From: Octopus sinensis
Lineage: Eukaryota
Assembly: GCF_006345805.1 (NCBI RefSeq)
Contig: NC_043011.1
Location: 32,190,464-32,254,463, forward strand
Direction: 5' to 3'
Length of the DNA: 64,000 bases
How positions within the stretch are numbered: position 1 is the first letter of the stretch; each line of letters begins with the position of its first letter. Position numbers and translations under genes: made by a program. Positions 24,401 through 36,600 of this stretch are shown in pieces. A model generated the notes under the pieces. That model was not told where the DNA came from. It was given only the letters and a program-made list of their open reading frames with translations, and made no database searches.

Positions 24401-27146
24401 GACTGGTAGAGATGCATATGTACAGTCAGCTTCTTTCAGTTTCCATCTACTAAATCTACTCACAAGGTTTTAATTAACTAGGGGCTATAGTAGAAGACAC
24501 TTGCCCAACGTACCATGCAGTAGGACTGAATCTAAGGCCACATGGTTTCTAAGCAAGTTTTGTAATCACAAGTTATGTCTGTACCTACATATATTATGAA
24601 ATACATCATTTCAGCATACTGGAGCATGGAAAAGAGGCATTGCTTCAGAGAAGTGGTTCCCAAACATTTTCAGGCTGCCGCCCCCTTGGTTCTAAGGCCA
24701 CATTCCTAGCTCCCTCTCCCCCTGCCACTCACCATTACAGACATGGGCCATTTTCTGTAGTAGGTTCAAAACAACAGTATTCCACAAATAAATCTTAACT
24801 TAATTAACCCTTTATTTTGTTTTTCTTTTTTACATCCAATGCCCCCATTTTGGTCATCCCATTATCGCCCCATTTTTTTCTTCAACGCCCCCTGGATCTT
24901 CCCCCTCCCAGGGGGAGGGAGCAGTACTGCCCACTTTGAGAACCACTGTTTTAGAGGATTCTCAAATGTATTATGAAAAAACATTTCTTTCTACTAAAGG
25001 CACAAGACCCAAAATGTTGGGGGCCGGGGTTAGTTGATTATGTTGAGACTGCAGTGCCTGGTTGGTTCCGATTTTATTGGCTCTGGAAGTAGGAAAGCCA
25101 AAGCTGACCTGGACGGACTTTGAACTTAGGATGTAAAGCTGGAAGAAATGCAGCCAAACATTTTGTCCAGTATGCTAATGATTCCACTAGATCACTGCCT
25201 TTATATGATGATAAAATGAAAGGCACAAGGCTCGAAATTTTTGGGGAGGGGGCCAGTTGATTAGATTGAACCCAATATGCAACTGGTGCTTAATTTATTG
25301 ACCCCAGAAGGATGTAAAGCAAAGTCAAGCTTGGTGGAATTTGAACTCAGAATGTAAAGACAGATGAAATACTGCGAAGCATTTCTCCCGATGTGCTAAC
25401 GTTTCTATAAAATGAAAATATAATGACACAACATACATGCTGGTGCCACATAAAGAGCACTGGTAGTACATAAAAAGCACCCAGTACACTCTGTAAAGTG
25501 GTTGGCACAAGGAAGGGCATCTAGCTGTAGTAACCAAGCCAAAACAGACTATGGAACCTGGTGTGGCCTACTGGTCTTGCCAGTTCCTGTCAAGCTGTCC
25601 AACCCATGCCGGAAAACAGACGTTAAATGATGATGATGGTGATGATGATGATGATGATGCAGTATTTCATGATATCAAAACTAAATATAATTGCAGTGTG
25701 GAAGGTGTTTATAAGCCATTTAAGAAACACACAAAATCAATTAGATTCACTTCAACTTTTAAATTTAATTCGCCATAATATTTTCGTCGCTTTGAGACCG
25801 CAACCTGTTCACTGACAAAATTCTGTGCTTTTTGTCAGAATTTTGTCAGTGAACAGGTTGTGATCTCAAAGCGACGAAAATATTTTGGCAAATTGAATTT
25901 AAATGTTGAAGTGAATCTAATGGTTTTTGTGTGTTTCTTAAATGGCTTATAAACACCTTCCATGCAGCAATTGTTTTTGTTCAAGCACACGATCTCAGAT
26001 CAGGTCACTTGCTATGCAAGTACATCTCTATAAAACTAAATATAATTTATTACATTTCTATTCCTGCCTATTTAGATGATGATGACGATGACAACAACAA
26101 CGATGGTTGTTATGAAGATAGTAATGACTAGACCTAACAAATAACTCCACTTACCTAAATCCAAGTTGAATTTTTTAGAGTTTGGGAATTGAATTGAACA
26201 GTAATCTCCATCTGAAAGGGACTCTTGAGCATGTGAAACTTGTATTTCCTTCCTTGTTTCATCAAGATTGTGGTATTTTAAATAAGCTGAAAAAAAAAAA
26301 GAAAAGAAAAGAAATTAACAAACAAACAAACATGTTTTGAGAACATGCATAACTGCAAGAATGGCTGTGTGGTCAAGAGGTTTCCTTTGCAATCATGTTG
26401 CTTTGTGTTCAGTCCCATTGCAGGGCACTTTGGGTAAGTGTTTTCTACAATAACTCCAAGCTGACCAATGCCACTTGCGAGAGAATTTGGTAGATGGAAA
26501 CTGTGTGGATTCCACACAGATTCCCACAAAGGCGGTGAGCTGGCAGAAACGTTAGTGCGCTGGGCGAAATGCTTAGCGGTATTTCGTCTGCTGTTACGTT
26601 CTGAGTTCAAATTCCGTTGAGGTCGACTTTGCCTTTCATCCTTTCGGGGTCGATAAATTAAGTACCAGTTACGCACTGGGGTCGATGTAATCGACTTAAT
26701 CCGTTTGTCTGTCCTTGTTTATCCCCTCTATGTTTAGCTTCTTGTGGGCAATAAAGAAATAGGAAACTGTGTGGATTCCCTTTATGTGTGTGTGTGTGTG
26801 TAGCAAAGATGACATCAGGGGAACTTGCTCAGTATGTAAAGACGGATAAAATACAGCTAAGCATTTTGTCCGGCATGCTAATGATTCTACCAGCTCACAG
26901 CTTTTTAATAATAATATTAGTAATAATAATAATAATAATAATAAAGGCACAAGGCCTGAAATTTTAGGGGATGGGACTAGTTGATTACATCGACCCCAGT
27001 ATTTCACTGGTACTTAATTTATCAAACCCGAAAAGATGAAAGGCCAAGTCAACCTCGGCGGAATTTGAACTCAGAACATAAGGGTGGAGGAAATGCCATT
27101 AAGCATTTTGTACAATGTGCTAACAGTTCTGCCAGATCACCATCTA

Positions 27147-27182
<36 letters not shown>

Positions 27183-28884
27183 CCTTTCTACTATAGCTAC
27201 AATACCTGAAGTTTAGGGGAGGGGATAATCGATTACATCGACCCCAGTAACTCAAGTGGTGCTTATCTTATTGACCCCAAAAGAATGAAAGGCAAAGTCA
27301 ACCTCAACAGAATTTGAACTCAGAATGTAAAGACAGACGAAATGCCACTAAGCATTTTGCCCAGTGTGCTAATGATTCTAATAATAATGATGATGATGAT
27401 GATGATGATAATAATAATGATTTCTTTTAACAACAGAAACAAATGCTTACTCATACACACATGTAAATTTTCATTCATACACATGCATACACAAACTCAT
27501 ATACATACATCACAAACACATAGTTACAGATATACAAATATATACATATACTTACAAACACACAGATGTATACTCACATACATATAAATACAGAGCTTAA
27601 ACTCAACACACACACACATTTACATACAGACATACTTATACACAAATACCTACAGACATACACTCACACACACACTTTTTCTCTTTCTCACCACCAACAC
27701 ACATACATATACTCACATACACACACCAACAAACACAGATGTCTACTTAAACATTTGCAGACATATCGTGGCACTCTGTCGGTTACCACGACGAGGGTTC
27801 CAGTTGGTCCAATCAACGGAACAGCCTGGTCGTGAAATTAACGTGCAAGTGGCTGAGCACTCCACAGACACATGCACCCTTAATGCAGTTCTTGGGGATA
27901 TTCAGCGTGACACAGAGTGTGACAAGGCTGGCCCTTTGAAACAGTACAACAGAAACAGGAAGAAAGAATGAGAGAAAGTTGTGGTGAAAGAGTACAGCAG
28001 GGTTCACCACCACCCCTGCCAGAGCCTAGTGGAGCTTTGGATGCTTTCGCTCAATAAACACTCACAACACCCGGTCTGGGAATCGAAACTGCGATCCTGA
28101 AACTGCAAGTCTGCTGCCCTAACCACTGGGCCATTTCACCTTCACTGCAGATATATATTCATACACAGGTATACATAAATAGATGAATATCTACTTTCAC
28201 TTTCTCTCTCTCTCTCTCTCTCTGTGTCTCACCCCCACCTCCACCTCATATATAGGCATACGTACATGAAACCATAAAACAAATGTATATTCTCTCTCTC
28301 TCTCTTTCACACACACACATACTGATTTCTACTCATACACACACACACACGCACTTCACTAGCCACCATCAATATAATGCTATCAGATGATACAGAAGGT
28401 AATGAAACACCCTACCAGGCCGTGTACTTCCTGTTTGATGATTAGAGATGAAATCTATTATATCTCGCTGAATATCACACTGTTCCAATGTTTTACGAAC
28501 ATTTTCATAACACTGGAAAACAAAAACAAAAAAAAAAAATATAATTAAAAAAAACATTGAAAAGTAAAGTAACATTTTAAGACAGTAAACAATTATAAAC
28601 ACCATTACATTTTCTCCCTAGGTGAAGCTTTGGAGTGGTGCTTATACCATTAGTCAATAGTTTGGATTTTAAAATGTCAACACATTAACCAGTGTAGATA
28701 TTGGCCATCATTGTTGTGTCTTGATTTATACTTCACTATTCTGAAGATATTGAGTTACATCAATCCTTTCTATATTAACCAAAATGAAGTAGCTTGACGA
28801 ATTTAGTTTTTGAAACCAGTTGAAGACACACAAGATGTCAAAATATCAAAAACTGGATAACAATGGCACTCTTTTAATTTTGAC

Positions 28885-28919
<35 letters not shown>

Positions 28920-31918
28920 TGGACGGTTCAACTGGCTTCCCAGACCCCAGTTGAACCGTCCAACCCATGCTAGCATGGAAGGCAGACGCTAAATGATGAT
29001 GATGATGATTATTATTATTATTATTATTATTATTGAGTGAGAGAGCAATGCATGCCATAAACATACGAAGCCCAATACGCTCATGACTACCCATCTGATT
29101 AGGGTACACCAGGTACATGCATCACAACCATATATATGCAACATGGTCATCTCATATCAAGATAAGCAGTGGATGACCTTGCAGGTGGGGCCGTTACAAT
29201 TTTCTTCAGGTTGAGTAGCCCATTCTGCTCAAAAGGTCCTTGAATAATTGTTGTTTAAGGATATTGAATGAAACACCCATGTTTTCAGAGGTGAATTATT
29301 CAAACCCCAAAGATTTCCTCTCAGCACATGGCTATGATGCACCCCCACTATTCCTGCTCATAACGAGAGATGCACCTATCATCAGCCACTAACCTTTGTA
29401 TACCCCTGGTATACACCTACTTGTTTGGACATGAACTCATCGGGAAGCATCTGACCAAGCATATGAAATGTTCAGCTGGTAGACAACATCCATAGCTAAC
29501 AGTTGCATATTGTCCTTGTCTTTCAGATTGTGAAAGCTTACCATAACGTTTAAGCTAAATACAGTGAAGTTTTAAGACTTCATTTTTTTATGGGCATATA
29601 TGGGTTAAGGGACATGCTCAACTGGTTATGGTCAAACAACTGACAAGCAAATCTGTAGTATTGAACAGAATATTTGCTGTAGCCCATCTTTTATACCAAG
29701 ATGAAACATAGTAGAAGACTTTTCCAAATTGCCCTACAGTAAGGCTGGACTTGAGATCACAAGGTTGAGAAACAAGCTTCTTAACCACACAGCCATGTTT
29801 GCACTCATACAGAAAATATATTGAGTGGTAAGAAGCTTGTGTGGCTGCGAGCTGGCAGAAACGTTAGCACACTGGGTGAAATACTTAGTGATATTTCGTC
29901 TGCTGCTACGTTCTGAGTTCAAATTCTGCTGAGGTCACCTTTTTCCTTTCATCCTTTCAGGGTCAATTAAATAAGTACCACTTATGCACTGGGGTCAATG
30001 TAATTGACTTAATCCGTTTGTCCTTGTTTGTCCCCTCTATGTTTAGCCCCTTGTGGGCAATAAAGAAATAAGAAGCTTGCTTCACAACCACATGCATGAC
30101 ACCTTGGGTAAATGTCTTCTACTATAGCCTTGGGCCAACCAAAGCTTTGTGAGTAGATTTGGTAGACGGAAACTGATAAAGAACCTGTGTGTGTATGTGT
30201 GTGTGTGTATCACCAATCTTTGACAACCAATGTTGGTATATTTACATGCTTGTAACTGCCCCAGCTTGGCCACAGTCTAAATGACTGAAACAAGTAAAAG
30301 ATAAACATCATTTAAAGCAGCCTCTACAGTGCAAGTTTAGAAAGAAAGTGTAAACAAAAGCAAACTATAGCAAAAAAGAAGAAAAAACCTGTCCTTGTTT
30401 GCTTTGGTTTTCCTTTTGTTTACAATTAATTCCCAGCCTTCCTTGTAGAAGCTCTTCAAGATCACTTTCACTCTGTCACCTAATACTCTGTATAAAACAT
30501 TCCTGTTGCAACAGTTAAAACTGAACTTTAAATATACACTAACCTCACTAAGTTATTTATATCCTGCCACTTCCAACTACTGTGGGGGTTCCCTGGAAAG
30601 GCATTGTTTATTATTTCTTTTTGGATCCACATGAAAAGCATCCAGTCTACACTGTAAAGTGGTTGGCATTTGGAAGGGCATCCAGCAGTAAAAACCATGC
30701 CGAAACTGACCTCACCCATGCTGGTGCCATGTAAAAAGCACTCAGCCTACTCTGCTGAGGGCACCCAGCCGTAAAAACCATGCCAAAACAGACATAGAAG
30801 TCTGGTGCACTCTTCTGCTGGGACAGCTCCTGGTAAACCATCCAACCCTTGCCAGCATGGAAGGAGGACGCTAAATGATGACGGTGATGATAATTGGACT
30901 GGATTGCCTATGTTTAGTCTACTGGAAGACGAAGACCTCAGCTTGTTCTCTCCGCCAACCATGGTCTGATGTGGAGGCCATGAATCTCAGCTTGAAATCA
31001 TATTGCTTTGATGAACCTACTATACCACACTGGCTCAACATGGCTTGGCAGTGTTGGGCATTTTTTATACTCTTATCCAGGAGTAGCTAAGTCACTTACA
31101 TTGACCATCTGCTCCAACTCATTTTACTGACCTTAAAAGAACGACCAGTGGAGTTTGAACTCAGAACATAATGACAGATGAAATACTGCAAAGAAAGCTG
31201 GCAGAAATGCTTATTTCTGAGCATAACCAATTAACAAACCCTGCTACACTACAACCACCATTTTAATGTCCACTTTTCCATGCTTGCATGGGTTAGATGG
31301 AGTTTATTGAGATAGATTTTCTATGGCCAGATACCCTTCCTGTCAACAACCCTCACCTATTTCCAAGCAAGGTAATGTTCCTCCATGACCAGACATGTTT
31401 TTACAGAATATTGGAAATGAATGACATTCCCTTACAACAGTCACACATTTTCTAGACAAAGAAATACAAATGTAAATAGGCGTAGGAGTGGCTGTGTGGT
31501 AAGTAGCTTGCTTACCAATCATATGGTTCTGGGTTCAGTCTCACTGTGTGGCACCTTGGGCAAGTGTTTTCTACTATAGCTTCGGGCCGACCAAAGCCTT
31601 GTGAGTGGATTTGGTAGACAGAAACTGAAAGAAGCCCATCGTATATATGTATATATATATGTGTGTGTGTACATGTGTGTATATGTTTGTGTGTCTGTGT
31701 TTGTCCACCCAACATCGCTTGACAATTGATGCTGGTGTGTTTAATTCCCCATAACTTAGCGGTTCGGCAAAAGACACTGATAGAATAAGTACTAGGCTTA
31801 CAAAGAATAAGTCCTGGGGTCGATTTGCTTGACTAAAGGCAGTGCTCCAGCATGGCCACAGTCAAATGACTGAAATAAGTAAAAACAGTAAAAGAGTAAA
31901 CTCACACATCTCTCTCAC

Positions 31919-31958
<40 letters not shown>

Positions 31959-32341
31959 CACACACACATACATGTTTATATATATATATTTTGTCTTTTA
32001 CTTGTTTCAGTCATCTGACTGCGCCCATGCTGGAGTACCACCTTGAAGGGTCTTAATTGAACAAATCAACTCCAAAACTTATTCTATCAGTCTCTTTGGT
32101 CAAATGGCTAAGTTATGGGGATGTAAACACACCCAGATATATATATACATATATATACGACAGGCTTCTTTCAGTTTCTGTCTACCAAAACCACTCACAA
32201 GGCTATGGTTGGCCCAAGGTTATAGTAGAAGACACCTGCTCAAGGTGCCATGCAGTGGGACTGAACTTGAAACCATGTAGTTGTGAAGCAAGCTTCTGAT
32301 CACAGAGCCATGCCCTGCACCTACTGTATATGTAGTGTGTA

Positions 32342-32412
<71 letters not shown>

Positions 32413-32451
32413 AACACATCTAACTATATCTTTCCATCTCTCTCTCTTCAT

Positions 32452-32492
<41 letters not shown>

Positions 32493-33631
32493 CATACATA
32501 CATAGAGACACACACATACACATACATACATTTACATATACACAAACAAGTTTCTTTCACTTTCCATCTCCCAAATCCTTTCACAAGGTTTCCATAGAAG
32601 ACACTTGCCCAAGGTGTCATGCAGTGGAACTGAACCTAAAAGCCAGGTCGTTGGGACGCCAACTTCTTAACCATGCAGCCACACCTACCACCAACATAAA
32701 AAACATCAATGCCCAATATTCAATGGAGAGGAAATCTATACAGTATATCTAGGGAAACATAAGAGGTATAGTGGGATTACAGGTAGGCTAATAGAAAAGG
32801 TTCACTTCATACACAGCAGGTGCAAAGAGACAATAAGCATTAAGAGCTCACGGGAAATAAACACTCTCAAACGTTTGGCAGGCTCTCTAGAAGTAGTTGG
32901 TAGCTTTTGTTATGTAGATGATCTAATTAGTAATGGGATCGGGTGTTCGGAAATAATAGAGTAAGAATGGGTTAGAAAAAAAAGAAGTTTTCAGAGAGCT
33001 ATTTATTACCTCTGTGGAGATGCATGGCGTAGTGATTAAGGTGTTGAACCCATGATTGTAAGATTGCGGTTTCGATTCATGGCTCAAGCAATGTGTTGTG
33101 TTCTTGAGCAAAACACTTCATTTCACAATGCTCCAATCCATTCAGCTGGTAAAAATTAGTAATCCTGTGACAGATCAGATTCCCGTCCAGTGGGGAGGTA
33201 AGTAGCTTCTAGGTGTAGGAGTGGCTGTGTGGTAAGTAGCTTGCTTATGAACTATATGGTTTCGGGTTCAGTCCCATTGCATGGCACCTTGGGCAAGTGT
33301 CTTCTACTATAGCTTCGGGCCAACCAAAGCCTTGTGAGTGGATTTGGTAGACAGAAACTGAAAGAAGCCCGTCGTATATACGTGTGCATATATATATATA
33401 TGTATGTATGTATGTGTGTGTGTATATGTTTGTGTGTCTGTGCTTGTCCCCCTAACATTGCTTGACAACTGATACAGGTGTGTTTACGTCCCCGTAACTT
33501 AGTGGTTCGGCAAAAAAGGCCGATAGAATAAGTACTAGGCTTACAGAGAATAAGTCCTGAGGACCGATTTGCTCGACTGAAAGGTGGTGCTCCAGCATGG
33601 CCATAGTCAAATGACTGAAACAAGTAAAAGA

Positions 33632-33663
<32 letters not shown>

Positions 33664-36600
33664 GTGCCGATTTCTCAAAGTGGATGGAACACATGGAGGT
33701 GGGAAATCCAGGAAGACATGGGATGAAGTATTGAAGAACAACCTCAGGATGGTGAACCTTTCAGGTGAGATAACAAAGGACTGAAATGCCTGACACCTTA
33801 CTGTTCTCAAGAAGACCTGTACTCTGCTGCAGAAGTGTTAAGAATGGTCCTTCTGGTGGTGTGAAGCAGTTGTAGTGGTGCCATGTAAAAATGCTCATGT
33901 GGTGCCATGTAAAAGCGTCCATGCAGTGCCATGTAAAAGCACCTGTGCAGTGTCACATAAAAGTGCCCATGTGGTGCCATGTAAAACTGTCCATGTGGCA
34001 TCACATAAATGCACCTATGCAGAGCCACATAAAAGTATCTAGCACACTCTGTAAAGTGGTTGGTGTAAGTTAGAGCATCCAGCTGTAGAAGCCATGTCAA
34101 ATGAGACTGGAGCCTGGTGCAGCTCCCTAGCTTGCCAGCTCTGATCAAACCGTCAAACCCATGCCAGCATGGACAACAGACATTAAATTACGATGATGAT
34201 ATATACTACAAAAACTAGCCCTATGAATCTATATGATTTAGGAAAGAGCATTTTTTACCTCTGTTAACAACAAAGTGCATCAAATCACAGAGTGAAAGGC
34301 AGATTGTATAATGTTTGCGATGGAATTGTGATGCTGCATAGCAATGAGATGTGGCCTTTGAATGCAAGGGATTTGCCGAAATAAATAAAACAAGTATGTT
34401 TTGCTGAATGTACAATGTTAAAACGCATGACTGATAGAGTACACACGGCATGAGGGACTTGACCAATCTATCTGTACCAGCAGATAGGAGCAGAGATAAA
34501 ATGACAATTGATGAAAATGGGTCACTCTATCACATAATTTCTAGTCAGATACTAATGATAAAAAAAATAATGATGATGATGATGATGATGATAATAATAA
34601 TAAGTAGGAAAATAACAAAAATAAAGAGGAAAGAAAAAAATATTAACTCTTTAACATTTAAACTGGCCACATCTAGCTCAAATATTTCATCTGTTTTATG
34701 TTCAAACTAGTCAGATTTGGCCTTTCACACCTACTGTACAATGTCATTCTAAAAGTAAACAGTCATGTGACTGAAATCTTGAAGATACCAGATAATACCT
34801 GATTAATTAAAATCAATGTGGATAAGCAAGCATTATAAAGGTGCATGGCTTATAGTAGTTAGAATATCAGGCTCACAATCATAAGTTGTGAGTTCGAATC
34901 CCAGACTGGGCTGCGTGTTGTGTTCTTGAATATGATACTTTATTACACATTACTCCAGTTCACTCAGCTGTAGAAATGAGTTGCGATGTCACTGGTGCCA
35001 AGCTATATCAAACTTTGCCTTTCTCTTGGATAATGTCAGTGGCATGGAGAGGGGAGGCTAATATGCATGGCTGACTGCTGGTCATCAATAAACAACTCTG
35101 CCTGGACTTGTGCCTCGGAGGGTAACTTTCTAGGTGCAATCCCATGGTCATTCATGATCGAAGGATCTTTACCCTTTGTATTTGACAAAGTAATCTGAAT
35201 GCTACAGGATTAAATCATAATATGCCAATAATAATTTCTGAACAGGTGTGCTCTCAAGTGCAACCAGTCATATGTAACCTAGTACAACCTGTTGCATGAT
35301 TGGGTTGTCAGGGACTAAATGGTAACTTCACTAAGCTTGCTGGGTTTAGGAAGGTGAATAGGGAGATTTTGGACACCCTGTAGGATGGAGAGCAAAACTC
35401 AGCAAAAGATAGATGAACTCATGAGAGCCAACAGCATCCTACAGTGTGTACATCATCATCATCGTTTAACGCCTGTTTTCCATGCTAGCATGGGTTGGAC
35501 GGTTCGACTGGGGTCTGGGAAGCCAGGAGGCTGCGCCAGGCTCCAGTCTGATCAGCCAGTGTTTCTACAGCTGGATGCCCTTTCTAACGCCAACCACTCT
35601 GTGAGTGTAGTGGGTGCTTTTTACGTGCCACCAGCACAGGGGCCAGAGGAGGCTGGCAATGGCCACAATTGTTGGTGCTTTTTATGTGCCACCAGCCACG
35701 TTCGGATGGTGCTTTTTACGTACCACTGGCACAGGTATCACAACTACAATTTCCATTTGATTTTTATTTTGATGTTGATGTACTTGACTCAATAGGTCTC
35801 CTCAAGCACAACAGGTCACCCTATGATCCAAGGTAAGCACAGCAGGTCGTCCTGCGAGCCATGAACTCACTTTATTTGTCAGGTTTTCACAGTCACAGCA
35901 TATCTCCAGTGGTCTCGAACTTTCGTCATGTGTATATATTGTGTACATGTGTGTATGCATGGGTATGTGATTGTGTGTGTGTTTGTGAGTGTGTTGTGTT
36001 TACATCCCCATAACTTAGACAGTCCAGCAAAAGAGACTGATAGAATAAGTACCAGGGTAAATAATGTGAATGAATAAGTGTTTTGCATTTGAAAGAATAA
36101 TCCGAACGCTAAATAGCCAAGGTGATGGATGAAGCCACATGACTACCAGGTTGGTCAAGTACCCAGGACAATGGATATTTTGTCTTACCTTATCTTCTTC
36201 AACTGAAACTTGAGATCTTGCATTCAACACAACCCACAAAAGATTACGTTGCATATCAATTCGTTCTTCTTCTAATTTTTGAAATTCCTGGAAAAAAAAC
36301 CAAAGAAACAATAATTATTTTAGATATCTGTAAAAGATGAAAGGCAAAGCTGATCATGGCAGAATTTGAACACAGAATGTAGAGACATACAAAATGCCAC
36401 TAAGCATTTTGCTTAGCATGCTAATGATTCTGGCAGTTCACCGCCTTATATATACAAGGTAGAAGTATGTCCTTTTTTTTATCATCATTATCATCAGCAT
36501 ACATAATAATAATAAAAATAATGCACAGCTCTCTCACTCAATAATAATAATAATGATAATCCTTTGTACTATAGGCACAAGGCCTAAAATTTGGAGGGAG

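Larger units (their letters stand above)
25699..25962. mobile_element. Fold-back (inverted) Penelope-like terminal-repeat remnant
   Basis: About 125-bp imperfect inverted arms tggaaggtgtttataagcc...ggcttataaacaccttcca with a short spacer; each arm carries a hammerhead-like fold. Confidence 0.65.
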
